Below are positions 1 to 12,801 of a DNA stretch of 64,000 nt, piece by piece. The notes below the pieces were generated by a model that had not been told where the DNA came from, did not search any database, and saw only the letters and a program-made list of their open reading frames with translations. This stretch comes from Amoebophrya sp. A120 (taxonomy: Eukaryota > Protista > Dinoflagellata): NCBI GenBank assembly GCA_905178155.1, contig CAJINV010000025.1, positions 164,453 to 228,452 of the forward strand, written 5' to 3'. Both the position numbers and the translations under genes were made by a program. The number at the start of each line of letters is the position of its first letter. Positions within the stretch are counted from its first letter, which is position 1.

Positions 1-514
1 TTTCTTGACGGTATTATATCTACGATCTTAACGGATGCTCATGCATCACAGATTTTGCTCGTGTGTTGATACAACTAGAACTTAGTACAAGGTTAGCAAC
101 GTCACAACTTCGAGACCGAAATGAATTTGCATTGCGTACGGGACATCAAATGAATGACAACAACTGGTTTTAGACTCTGAGCAATAAAACAACAATGCTT
201 CAGGTTTGCTGAAAAAGTTGCTGAACGTACAAGAAACCGAGGACCACAATATGGCAAAAGCAAAAAACAGCTCTCCACGACCAGACTAGTAGAAGCAAGT
301 AGGTTCAAAAACCGTCGACGTCGTATCTTTCCGTTGCATGTAGTTGATCCACTATTTCCTCGTGCAGAAGTTGCACAGCGCTCCTGAATCTGCTTTGCAA
401 GCGGGCGATCATGGATCTATTAAGGACATGCGCTGTGTGTTTGTCGTGCGGAACAGATCATGCATTTTTCAGGATGACGTGTCACGAAGGAAAAGGTCGT
501 GGGAAGAGAGATGA

Positions 515-1061
515 AACTCGCCATTCACGTTCTACTCTGTTAAGCCGTCTGGTGGCTGGGCTCTTGAAATTTCCATACACGAAACCGTTTTTCTCACCGG
601 TGGCGCCTGTTTGAGCTGCCTGCAGATAGACGACCAAGGCCGCGTGGGTGTGGATTTTCTGAACTACCTATTAAAGTGAAAAATGCTCCCACCCCAGAAC
701 TTGGCAGCGTTTGCATTGCAAACTTTTCTAGTGGAAACATTCCCCGCCTTGCCTATATCAGCATCACAAATTTCCCATGCTGAATAGCTCAAAACTGTGT
801 TGCAAAGGAGCTCAACAGCAGGCGGATCTATTATGCAAAAGATACCTTGCGCGCGTAGATCTAGATTCTGCATCAGAAAGGCTCGCAGTCCTTTCTTGCA
901 AGACAAAAAGCTTTCATTTGGAAACTTTGCATGAGAAACTTTTGCAAGTTCTGGGGTAGGGGCATTTTTCATTGTAATACTACCAGCTTCTACCGCCAGA
1001 CCTCCGCACGGGCCACAAGGTCAGCGGTCTGCAGATGAGTCAGTGGGCGCCAACATGTTGA
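515..1061 (+). CDS. Probable 3' part of a hypothetical protein gene (two exons around introner 669-979)
   Basis: Removing 669-979 plus 5 nt joins ...DDQGRVGVDFLNY to QLLPPDLRTGHK...WAPTC*. 5' end unresolved, no recognised domain. Confidence 0.3.
669..979. mobile_element. Introner, family F
   Basis: TIR TATTA.A.TGAAAAATGC..C.ACCCCAGAACTTG; DR ctacc/ctacc. Confidence 0.9.
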
Positions 1062-1694
1062 GAGCCAACGGAAAGACGAACGGGTGTTGGTGATGTAGAT
1101 GCCGCATGTTGACGTCAAGAGTGGCGGTTCGGCGTGGTAGGCTCTCCACCTGAAATAAAATGTGAGAACGTAGAATAAAAATGTTGACATCGTTGTTTTT
1201 GACTACCAAACCTTACCCGAACAGGAACTGTGTTGCAAAATTTGCTTACTTCGGACGGTTCTCCAAAACGACGAAAGCACGGCACTGCGAAACGACTGTC
1301 GGGGGAGGATTCCTTGCTTTAAGAACTGGCACGACGCTATGTTGGCTGTTGCTCGTCGTGTTCGATCCCGCTGATACTTAAGTGTTCCGTCTCCGCCGTT
1401 GTAAAGTAGTTTAATCTGATGTAAGAGCAAGAAGAAGGAAGAAGGACGGCTAGCGTGCCAGGAGTCGTGCGAGTGAAACCTGGTTTGTTGTGTGGTATCA
1501 TCTTCAGCTTGATGCATCTCTTTGCCATGAGCGAGGGCGTAGTCTGCGTCAACGTGGGGTCGTCATCATCAAGCAGGCTGGACGCAGTTTCGTTTCCGTA
1601 GTGATGCTGAAACGAACACGAACTAGTTCTATACGTAGCGAAAAATCCGCAGCAAACTAGTACCTCTATTTTTGGTTGATTAATTCCTTCTAAT

Positions 1695-3944
1695 ATGGTC
1701 TCGTCTTGCGCTTGCCCCGCACCCGCGGCCGCCTTGCCAAGCGCAGAAGGTGCAAATCCTAATTCCGCTTCGGCATCATCCCGCTCGCCGCAACACGGCG
1801 GCAACAGCACGGCTTCCCTGTGCAACTCGACTCCGCAGCACGAGGACGCCTTTTCCCTCGAACTTGAAAACGAAAACCCGATCGAGAACTCGGCCCGCCC
1901 GCGGAAGCTTTCGGACAAGAAAAAAGCGTGCCTGGTCGAGGGAAACCAATTGCAGAAGTTTCTCGCGGACATTCTGACTGCGAAACAAGGCATATGACAG
2001 TGCACGACTCCCCCTCCTCCTCATTTGGCATGCAAAATGCCTGATTTATATTTACGCCTTGGCCCTTGGCACTCTTTGCATGGCAAGTTCTCGCAGCCCA
2101 AATAGCACTTCTACACTCGTGTTCAAATTTGTCATGCAAAACCTGTATTCTTGCTTACACTTGTATTGCTGTTCATGCAATACAAGTGAGGGGGAGGAGG
2201 AGTTGTGCGCTCTCATAAGGGAGGACCCCACCGCTGCACCGGCCCAACCAGACCGAGACGAAAAGCGCGATTGAGAAAATCCGGACAGCGTTTTTGGTTC
2301 CATCTGCCATGTTGAAGGCGGAAAAGGAAAACGAGATAAATAGCGTCATCTGCGCGGTGGACAATGCGAGCACGTCTTGTACGTCGACCAATCGCTCTAC
2401 AACAAGCGCGTCCTCTTCATCGGAAAACGAAGATGGTGGTCGTGCGAAGGATTCTTCTGCTTGCGGCTCTGCACCTCCTGCTAGATATACCGCCGCCCCG
2501 AGGACTCCCGCTGCAGCAGACTCAACATCTTCAGAGGAACTACAAGTGAAACATCAAAGGAGCGGCCTGCAGTCGCCGGAACAGCTGGCGCAGGTTTATG
2601 GAGAGCTTCCTTTCACGACCGGGGAGCAACTGTATGAGAGTGCACAACTACCCCCCTCCCCCTCATTCATTGTCATGCAGAACCGCAAATCCATTTGGTG
2701 CCCTTTGGCACTGTTTGCATGACAAATTTCGGAAGGCCAAACAGTACTACTTTCGGCCAGTGAACTTGTCATGCACAGGCCCCAGGAGTCCTGGCGTTTG
2801 TATTGCTGTTCATGCCATACAAGTGAGGGGGAGGGGGACTTGTGCACTGTCATAAACTGTTTGGCAGTTACTTCGCCTGTGAGGGTCTCCTCGGAAGCAT
2901 ATTCGCGGACGACGTTTTCTACGATGTCGGCTCTGGCTTTGGCAAAACGGTGCTGCAAGTCTACCTGACCACGCGCGTCCGCAAAGCGGTCGGGATTGAG
3001 CTCGGGGACACGCGACACGAGTTTTCAGTGCTGCTGAAGGACCGGCTGCTGCGTGAGTTGTTCTGTCCAACGAGCGACATCGAATTTAAACAGGGCAAGG
3101 TCGGAGATCACGTCTTGCCCACTGAATCCGGAAAGACCAATACAGCAACGATCCCTCCTGCTGCTTCTCTCCACCAGTTCGCATGCCGAGGCGTGTTTTT
3201 TCGCCACGAGAACATGTTCCACGCCCGGATGTCGGACGCCACCATTGTCTTCTTTTCCAGCTTGATGTTCAGCGATCCGGCCATCGAAAAAATGGCGGCA
3301 AAAATTTTGACCGAGTGTCCCAACTTGCGCTTTTTCGTGCTGCTGAGTGAGCTGCCATTGTCGCTGTGCGCGGCGGGCGTGGGACGGGATGATGCGGGTG
3401 AAAATAAAGCTGAGACCACGACGCGCTGCTTTCCGTATTGGGAAATGGTCAGCTCGCACAACCTATCAACTGCAAAAATGTCTGGGTCTGGAAGAACGCA
3501 AGATTTGTCATGCATACTTCTCATGACCCATGATGCCTGTAATGCATGGCCTAGCATCGCAGACTTTTAGAGGGCCTCCTGATGCACCTTCCGCATGAGA
3601 AATGCCCTGCCCGTGTGCCACAAATTGCACCCCTCTTGCTGGTCATGCAATACAATTTTTTTTAGAGTCCAAAAACAGCATGACAATCTTCCAGACCCAG
3701 ACATATTTGCAATTCATACGACCTAGCGATGGGCTGGTCGGACAAAACGCCAACGCATAGTAAACTAGGACTACAGCCAGTTTATGTGTACAGACCTGTG
3801 AACATAGCGAGGTACCCCGACAACTCGAAAGCTGCTGCTGAAGGCAGCGACAGGCAAAAATTCTTGCTACAACACCTCCAAGGCGACGAAAGCGACGCCA
3901 GCTATGATGCGGACGCTCCTGCTACGCCGAACCCGAATCTGTAG
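1695..3944 (+). CDS. DOT1-like class I SAM-dependent methyltransferase, about 510 aa. Exons 1695-1990, 2221-2632, 2860-3463, 3724-3944
   Basis: Joined frame reads VYGEL...DDVFYDVGSGFGKTVLQVYLTTRVRKAVGIEL...DATIVFFSSLMF...MGWS...PVYVY, the motif order of DOT1-like methyltransferases. Exon lengths sum to 1533 nt (511 codons). Confidence 0.8.
1993..2217. mobile_element. Introner, family B
   Basis: TIR TATGA.AGTGCACAACTCCCCCTCCCCCTCA; DR aggca/aggga. Confidence 0.9.
2633..2854. mobile_element. Introner, family B
   Basis: Family TIRs; DR aactg/aactg. Confidence 0.92.
3464..3718. mobile_element. Introner, family A
   Basis: TIR TATCAA.TGCAAAAATGTCTGGGTCTGGAA; DR caacc/cgacc. Confidence 0.9.
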
Positions 3945-4647
3945 ATGTTGTGCTGCGCGATCGCGAAGCTCTAGTGCCACCGTCGTGCTACTCGTCTATT
4001 CTACTATGAGTACTATCATTTTCGTCGTTTTTTCTATCATTTTCGCCGTTCTTGCAGGAGGCGTTGTGTCATTGAAAGTAGGGGAAAATATTTTCGGTTC
4101 GCTACAGTCATTGTCTGTACAGCTGGAAGAAATCCATCGGTACCGCTGCGACTGCGGAAGTCGGTCCATGGGATTCTGATAGGACTTTTGGGAAGACTAA
4201 AGAAAGAAGAACCGTACAAAACAAGCGTCAACCTGACAAACTGCTCGCAAAGAATTTCGTTAAGCTAGTCCAACCTCCGCAAATCGAATGAAAAAGGCGT
4301 CCAAACAACATCTACACTCAATCATCGTATGGGCTGCTTTTTCGTTTACCAAAATATTAAATCGCAAATCTCCAACAAGATGGATCTTCGTAATTCCATC
4401 CCCGTACGTCGTGGTTCTTGCGCAGTGAGGACCTTACATCCACACGACAATTTGCAAGAAGTTTTTCACTTCAGCATGCTTCTGTAGTGCGTTTTTTGTT
4501 GCTGCGTGCTTCTATGTTAGAATTGGGATACTTGATTGGGTTTTTGTTAACCTTAACTACTCGAGGACAGACGCTGAGTCTGATTAGCATAATTGCGATA
4601 GCGTACAATCCATCACCAAGAACATTGTTTTCCACCTAGCAACAAGC

Positions 4648-7600
4648 ATGTCACTGATAGTTTTCTACGTGCTCAGCACTGCTACAACGACGCTGGTCGT
4701 TCTGGCAGCGGCGCAGGAGGGCCGGGAGCACCGTCCCAGGGACGAAGGAACGAAATCGAATGTGGTCCTCCACAGCGTCGGAGATGCTAGTGCGCGTCGC
4801 GGCCTACGCGGAACAAGGAACGACTACACGATGAAGCGGGCCGCGGCGCATCAAAAGCAGCTGACCTCGAAAGGAAACAAGAACCGCAGAAGCAAAAGTG
4901 GTAGCTCATTCTCCTTATCCACCTTTCTAGCGAAAGAGCGTCAGCGGAGAAATAAAAAGGAAAAGTGCAACTTCGACGAACAGGCGCAGGAGGTTCCTCG
5001 GAGGTTGCCGAAAAGAACAACGGGCGCAGGAGGTTCCTCGGAGGGCCGCGGTAAGAGTAGTGGTGGTGGGGCAACAGCAGACCTGCTTTCATCTTCCTCT
5101 AGTAAAAATAACCGTGGGGATGCTCTTGCTCTTGAAGGTGCAGCTGTTGTGCGGAGTGGGCTCGAGCAAGACCGCGCACTGAAACCCGGGCCTGTTCCGC
5201 TGCCCCCGGGCGGTGGGGAGGAGACGAAAGTTTTTACTGATAGCCGTCAACCAGAACCAACGAGCGCGAAAAAACGAGCCTTCACTGTCGACCACGTTTT
5301 CGAACATCCCTACGGACTCCACAACTGGGGCATCATCTTTCCCGAGGACACGGAGAGTAGAGAAAACTCGTTCGCTGCTACTAGTAGAAGTGCCAGCACC
5401 TCTTCGGACACTAAGCTTGACGTGATGATTCGCGCTCCCCGACGGGACTTTTACAAGTGCGGAAAATCGAACGACGCCGTGCCGAACTACCGTGCGTTTT
5501 TCTGGGACAACAGGAACATCATGAATACAGCGCCAAGAAGTCCAAGTAGTGTTGAAGAAGAAGAGATGAAAAGAAAGCCGCCAAACAAGATCACCATCAA
5601 TACCTGTGCGCAGAAGTGCTTGGAGCTGGGCCCGGGTTGCGAGGCAGTCACGCTGATCGCGCAGGACAGAGGATTCTACTTTGACAACGGCGAAGCTGCA
5701 ACTACACCGAAAACAATGCCCGCAGGGAATATCAACGACTACGAATTCGATAACGCGTTTTGCATGGGCTGCACGAAATTTGTGGACAACAGCCCCTTCG
5801 CAGACGGCATCGCCGACAATCTGAACGGCATTTGGCTCCCCTTTGCCGTCAGGGAGAACGGGTTCGCGAAAACCTTTCAGAAGGTGCAGCTGGAGCTTGG
5901 TCCTGGAGTGATGGAGGAGTACCGCAACGCAGTGACGGGGCGTATACATTGCAAAATTATCGTACTCTCGTGCGGAATTATCGCAGTCATGCATTACAAA
6001 TTTCTTATGCTTATCCTTTCTTGAGGTAAATCCGGATTACAAATTTCACTTCTCATGCTGAGGAACTTTGTGATGCGATTTATATTACGATAGTACGATA
6101 CTTTTGCCATGCATAAAGCGACAATTATCGCAATTGTACAACGCACTCGCGGGAAACGTGTCCCTTCCTTACAGTGCGGACAATTTTCGAATCACCACAC
6201 CCCGTGCGGTGGTGGATAGAAATGCAAGATACCAATCGTCCAGCGCTTCAACACCAACCTCGTCGACGCAGAAGCGGGATTGCGGGAACAAGCGCGTGGA
6301 CCAGGAGTGGGTCGTGCACTACATGCCCTACGGGTCCTGTGTAACTCTGCGGTGGTATATGAGAGTGCACAACTACTCCCACTCCCCCTCATTTGTATGG
6401 CATCAGCAGCATTACAAACACCAGTACAGGTAGCCCCTGTGCGTGACAAGTTCTTCATGCGCCGAGTGTAGTACCGTTTGGATTTCCGGAATTTGTCATG
6501 CACGCGGTGCCACAAGGTAGCTTGCCAACTGGATTCGGGTTTTTGCATGACAAATGAGGGGGAGCAGGGGGGGTTGTGCACTGTCATATGGTACGACCTA
6601 AAGGTCTTGGCCATCTGCGGGGACGAGGAGGAAAAACGAACTGCGGAGCTGGTGTCTGATGGTAACAACATTAACCAGGTTGTTCTGCAAACCTACGCCT
6701 GCAACCGCGCCGCCGCGTTTGCCACGTCCGAGAAGGATTACGGCTGCTATGACCTGCAGCGGGCGAACGTGACGCGGCACTATATGGAATTGCAGCTGGC
6801 GGCGATGTACGACACGTGCCTGGATGGAATTTGGATTGACTACAACCGCCGCCGTGCCGACGACGTAGTGGACATGGTGGTGTCCATTCTGGAGACCATG
6901 TGGCACCGCGACGGGAAAATGCTCAAGTTCGCGGTCCTGCCCGACGGCAACACGCACGACGCGGCAAAGGACATCCGAGAAATCACCAAGTGGGACTCGT
7001 CCCTAAACCTGCGCTGGGTCAACCACGAGCTGTACCACACCTGGACCACGGGCGGGAATAAGAGAAACCCTCTAATCCCCACCTTCCGCGAGAACCTCCC
7101 GATTGCCAGTGCGGTTTCGAATGGTTTGTACTATAAGGTAGCTTGGAACCACTTCAACCCGAGGGTGCAACGGGAATCCTGGGGCGCGGTGGCGAACCTC
7201 GCCGGGGCGTTTCCCTGGCCCTGCGGCGCTTATGGAAACGATTTGACGTGGCTGCAGAAGTTTTACCAGGCTTGCCAAAACACGAATGGGCAAGAAATTG
7301 ACAGCAAAACCGGCCGGAAGAAAATTCCCTGCGTTGGATTGGTGTATCCCCAGTTCTGCGACTGCTACCAAACCCTGCACTTCTGCTGCCACGCGGAGTG
7401 TATGCATTGCAAAAGCATCGTACTCGTGGTACAAATGCATTACAAATTTCCTCAGCATAAGAAATAAAATTTGTACTGCGGATTTAGCCTGAGAACAAGA
7501 TTTGCAATGCATGTTTGCCGATTAATACTAAGAGTACGATACTTTTGCACAGGATATAGTGTAAGCTCGCGGGCGTCGCCGGCGAGTACCCCTGTCTGTC

Positions 7601-7958
7601 TTTCACGAACCAGCTGGCCCAGCACGACAGCCGGTGGCACGCCGACATCGTGCAAGTGGTCACGTGGAACGACTACGGCGAGGGAACGCAAATCGAGCCG
7701 GCAACCCTGCGGTCGAAGGACGCGGACACGCGAAAAGTTTACTACGACAGGGCGGCGAAGAAGTGGAAGTGGAAGCGGGTGTTTCCCTGGATGAGTGTCA
7801 CGTATAAGAACTACAAAAACACGAAGTACCAGAAGTGGCGGCCGTTCGCGGAGAAAAGGGAGAAGACCGGCGGCAGCGTCGGGTTTCTCGTGCAGCTGCG
7901 CGACATGATTAGCCGGAAATTTCCGAAGGATGACGAAGCGAAAAAAACGTACAGGTGA
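4648..7958 (+). CDS. Secreted GH71/GH99-like glycoside hydrolase with long N-terminal extension, about 911 aa. Exons 4648-5942, 6121-6357, 6594-7400, 7562-7958
   Basis: Hydrophobic N-terminus. Motifs VVHYMPY, LDGIWIDY, VYPQFCDCY and QVVTWNDYGEGTQIEP resemble GH71/99-like proteins. Three introner removals keep the frame (2736 nt). Confidence 0.75.
5943..6115. mobile_element. Introner, family C
   Basis: TIR TAT....TGCAAAAGTATCGTACT; DR gggcg/aagcg. Confidence 0.88.
6358..6588. mobile_element. Introner, family B (opposite orientation to 2633)
   Basis: Family TIRs; DR tggta/tggta. Confidence 0.92.
7401..7556. mobile_element. Introner, family C
   Basis: Family TIRs; DR gagtg/tagtg. Confidence 0.9.
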
Positions 7959-8585
7959 AAATAGAAAAAAACGAGCATCTTGTTCTGTGCGCAAAGCTCT
8001 ATCCGCGTGCGTCATTATTCGATGTACGATTCGATGAAGATTTGGATTTCATGTTTGTTTTTAAACAACAACATTTGGCTCTACTACGTTTCATCTTGGG
8101 GAGGCATTCGCATCTCTACTCGAATTGGAATTACTGATTCGCGAAACAATATCAGTACAAAGTAGATAGAACATGCAGCAACTCGCACAGGTGTTTGTGT
8201 TATTCCTCTGGTACTCGCCCTGACGCTTTTCCTCGGAACCAAATGACAACTCGGTGTTTGTCTCACTTGGAGGTCGTGTTCGGGATATGGTGAAGTTTGA
8301 CCACCACCTGTTGGCAAAAATTCTACCTCATACATTCTACTCCAAGTAGGCTTCTTTGTGTGCAGCTGCTAGCAAGCAAGAATCCTAATAGGACAATTTG
8401 AGAGACGCCGACACGTGAGAAATTTCACAGTGAGACGCTGAGCTGCATTTCTTTTTCTTTTCTCATAGGAAACGAAGCAGACACTGCTTTTGCTTAACAT
8501 TGCTGCAACATGAGCGTCAGTTCGTTGTCTTCGTGCGCGCACGCCCATGCGAGCCTTGCCATGGGCCGCTAGCACTAGCTCCTGA

Positions 8586-11500
8586 ATGAGTGCCACGACG
8601 CAGAAGATGCCTTCGCTCCTCCGCTATTTCGTCCACCTCGCCGTGCGCAGCCTGCTGTACCACATGTTACGGCTTGTGCGAAAGGTCGCCGCCGCTACTG
8701 CTGCCACGATTTGTTTGCACCACGACTGGAGGACGGCACGACGAGGCTTCAGTTTGTTCAACTGGCCACTCGGCCCCGCGCTGCTCTTCGTGGGACGGTA
8801 CCGGCTGGCCGTGGCTTCACCAAATACGGGACAGGATCATGATGTTGAATCAGGAGCGGAAGCCACTCTGCTGGACGAGGATGTTCTTGGGGCCACTACC
8901 ACTGATGACGGCGACAACTTGCAGGAGCTGGATATCGTGACAAGGAGCCTTGCAGATGCGAGCGAAACGGATGATCAGTCATCCCCTGGTACTACTGCGG
9001 GGATAATAGCCCAACGACCATCTCTCCAAGCTACCAAGTGGTTTCTCGCGGAGTTTCCGGAGCACATGCAGTCGATTCGCAACATCCCGCTCCCGTGCGA
9101 GTACTTTGGGCACATGTACAGTTTCGAGGTCAGTTTCGCCCAGTTTCTCCGCGACAACAGCGAGCAATTTGTGGTTTCCGACCCGCTCCAAGCGGACTTC
9201 ATCCTCCTCCCCCACTGCATCACGATGGTGTACCACGCGCTGCGCTACCAGCTGGGGTTCAATACGAGGCGGAAAACCTGGGAGGCCCTGGACCTGTCGC
9301 AGCGGGTATCAAGATGAAAAATCCCCCCTCCCCATACTAAAACGGAGATTTGTGTAGCATGAGTTGCTACCGCAAATCATGTCGTCATGCTAGAAGGCCG
9401 AAGATGCGGACTGTAGTGCTGGAAGGCTTGGGAAAGCCTTGCATCTTCAGCATGACAGGAGGCAACTGGAAGTGGGGAACAGCATGACAAATGTGTGCCT
9501 GCAATTCAGCCCAAGACTGCGTCGCGTGGCCTTCTAGCAATACCAGCCGACTTGTGTACTCAAATACAGCATCACGCATTCCGTTTTCGATATGGGGAGG
9601 GGGGATTTTTCTTCACAATAGCGGGAGTACTTGATTCCCATCATCAACTGGGCGAAAGAGCAGGAGTGGTACAACACCTTCGATGCGGTGAGGAACACGA
9701 CGAACGGTTTGAAGTTCGTTATCCCTTTTGCCATGGACAAGGGCCGGGTCGACTACCCCATCGCGTCCAAAGCGAGCGCCGAGTGGCACGCCGTAACGAC
9801 GGTGGGGGATAAAAACTGGCTGCGGAGCGAAGCCGGGCAGAAACTGCTGTTTCTCAAGGCAGCTGCAGCTTCCACGACTTCTTCACGACGGCGCGTAGAC
9901 GAAGATTCCTTTCCCGGTGTTGAGCTCGCGTCACTGTCCGCCGATGAACAAGTGGATACCGTTGCATCTTCCCAAACCATTGAACACCCAGAGTTGCGGA
10001 AGGTAGTGGAGACCGAAACGACCGAAGTAGAACGTGGCAACATCAACGTCGACGATTCTGATCCGCTCGAAGAGGCGATTAAAACCAGCACCCAAACGGT
10101 CGAGAAGCTGCAGCAGAAACACGATGAAAAGTCGGAGGACTATTGGAACACAAACGAGTGGATCGACCCGGTTTTCCACTATCACGAAGAGAAAAAAATT
10201 TTGCGATTTCTGTTGCAAGAACGGAAGAGGAGAAGAGAGACTAAAGGAGTTGCCGTTCACCAGGACCACGTCGAGCCGCAGCAACTCCCCTTCGACCCTT
10301 GTTTTAACCAGACCTCGGTGTCGAAGCGGCCTTTCCTCTACTACGAGCAGGACGTTGTTGTCCCGGTGCCAACCGCGTTCTACTTCACGGAAGAAGCAAA
10401 GGCGACAGAAAATAGTATGCAGTGCAAAAGTCTCGTACTCGTACTAGTTGCGTTTTTATTCATTACAAATCTTTTGCTTAAGGCAAATCCGCATTACAAA
10501 TTTAATCTGTATTAATGCTAAGTCAATTTGTGATGCAATTTATACTAGTACGATGCTTTTGCAATGCATAAATAGAAGCCGGCTTCTCTTCCTCGCCGCC
10601 AGCGTGAACAGCTGCACACGACTATGAAAAGGAAAAATCCCCCCTCCCCATATCAAAAAGGAAATCTGTGATGCTGGATTTGCGTACACAAATCAGATTT
10701 GTATTGCAGGAAGGCACTGCGACCAGATCCCCAGGCTAGCTAGGGGCGTATGGGTCTAGTTGTTCAGCATTGCAAACGGCTGACCTTTAGGCCCAACAGC
10801 ATGCCAAATCGCTTTTCTATAATGCGGCGGAAGCGTCTGCGTTTGTCCTCTATGCAAGACAAATGCGATTTGTGACCTCAAATCAGCAACGCAAATTTTC
10901 GGAAAGATGCCTTTTCGATATAATGGGAGGGGGGATTTTTCCTCTCAATAACGACGGCTGGTGAAGGACGTTGCGAAGGTACTGTTTGAACAGGATTCCG
11001 ACGTCCTCGTCTTGGATAAAACGGTGGAGCGGCATGTTTGGCAGAACTACATGTACGAGACTAAGTACTGTCTGGTTCCTGACGGCTTCAGCTCGGTGTC
11101 CGCGCGATTGTACGAGGTGATTCTCCACGGCTGCGTCCCGGTTCTCGTCACCGACGCGTTCCACGGCGCGTTCGAAAATTCCCTCCCCTGGTATGAGAGT
11201 GCACAACTCCCCCTCCTCCTCATTTGTCATGCAAAATACCAAATCCAAGCGGTACTGCGTGGTACTGTTTGCATGACAGATTCCGGAAGCTGCCCAAGAA
11301 ACAGTACTACACGAACCGCATGAACTTGTCATGCTTAGGCTCCACAGGTGGGGGCGTCTGTACTCCTGTTCATGCAATACAAATGAGAACGAGGGGGACG
11401 AGTTGTGCACTGTTATACGTGGAAAGACTTCGCGGTCTTCATCAATCGGGTGGATCTGCCGTTTATCCTGTGCAAAAGTATCGCACTCGTATTGCAGTCA

Positions 11501-12194
11501 TGCATTACAAATTTTTTTCTCAAGGTAAATACGCATTACAAATTTTATCTCTCATGCTGAGGGAATTTGTCATGCATTTATACGAGTACGACAGGACACT
11601 TTTGCAGTTCATACCGTTTTTGCCGAAACTGCTGAGGGAGGAGATCTCAGTATCCTGAGTAAAAATGTCCCCACACCAGAGTTGTCATGCAAATCTGCAT
11701 GCCAAAAAAGTTTCTCATGCGAAGCCCCATAAGAACCATTTTCTTATCCTGGTGTAATGCTAGAATCAGCATGATATGCTAGATCTGTGATGCTTCGGAA
11801 CTAGCTAAACAGGATTACACTAGAAGGATAAATTTGTCATGCGAAACCACCAGAGGTGGCGGATTTGTCTAGCGGATTCCCCATCTTGACTCTGGGGTGG
11901 GGACGTTTTTGCTCAGGATACTCAGAGGAAGAGTACTTGGAAAAGCACAGAATCATCACGAAGATTCACCCGTATCTGCATGAAGAGACCGGGTTTTTCT
12001 GGCAGGCGTTGTTCAAAGAGTTGCAACTGAAGAAAAGGACTGTTGTGAAAAAAAGAACTATGTCTACGCGAATCTTCACGTCGAGAAATAAATATTCTGC
12101 TCTTGAAACAGTCGTAGATCAGGACGAAGATCATGTAGTTGAGACTGCTCATGGTCCTCCTCTCGAGGAAAAGCAAACCGAATTTTTCAATTAG
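8586..12194 (+). CDS. Exostosin-family glycosyltransferase (GT47), about 711 aa. Exons 8586-9306, 9626-10415, 10576-10622, 10956-11191, 11423-11463, 11619-11650, 11926-12194
   Basis: Motifs YSFEV..FL...SDPLQADFILLP and TKYCLVPDGFSSVSARLYEVILHGCVPVLVTD...LPWKDFAVFI. Six introner removals keep the frame (2136 nt). Confidence 0.85.
9307..9620. mobile_element. Introner, family E
   Basis: TIR TAT......GAAAAATCCCCCCTCCCCATA; DR gcggg/gcggg. Confidence 0.92.
10416..10570. mobile_element. Introner, family C
   Basis: Family TIRs; DR aatag/aatag. Confidence 0.92.
10623..10950. mobile_element. Introner, family E
   Basis: Family TIRs; DR acgac/acgac. Confidence 0.92.
11192..11417. mobile_element. Introner, family B
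   Basis: Family TIRs; DR cctgg/cgtgg. Confidence 0.9.
11464..11613. mobile_element. Introner, family C
   Basis: Family TIRs; DR ccgtt/ccgtt. Confidence 0.92.
11651..11920. mobile_element. Introner, family D
   Basis: TIR TATCCTGAGTAAAAACGTCCCCAC.CCAGAGT; DR ctcag/ctcag. Confidence 0.92.
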
Positions 12195-12801
12195 CAGGTA
12201 GTACAACAGGCGGCACTGCGTTCGGTCTACTGCGCCGGGTGCTGCACAGCAGCCTGCGGCAGTCCTGCATCTTCAAAGTGCCGCTGTTGTATTGAAGCAG
12301 GAGAAGGCAAAGGCTGCTTTCCTGCTTTAGAGGATGTTGTCGTGTTCATGATTTGGCCGGGGAAGATGTTGTCCGCTGATCCAAGGGCGGGAACTGGGAC
12401 GTCAAGCTGCATGGCAGCCGAGAGATCAAAAGTTAATGAGAGACTGCGGGGGGGACGGGGAGCCGCCAAAAGAGTTTGTTCCGTAGTAGTTCTGATGCGG
12501 CTCCTGAGTCTGTGATGTACTAGAGAGCATGCTGTGCGGAAGAAGAGGGTGAGGGGTCCTCCTGGACAAGAACAGCACCAACAGATGAACTGATAGAGAT
12601 CAAAACTTTAAAGTACTTGTTTCAAGCAATGAATATGCTTTTGTAGTCTGAGTCTTACACGCCGTCAGCGGGACAGCCATACTAGACAAGAGCCACGGAA
12701 GTCGTTGTCGTTCCGGATGTGATCGCAGCGCTATTTTGAAGACGGGGGAGAAAAAGCACGGCGTTTCGCAGTAAGTTTCTTCGACGACCACCGATTACAA
12801 A

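Noticed and set aside
5089-5994. 301-aa minus-strand ORF
   Set aside because: Antisense to the hydrolase exon; no motifs.
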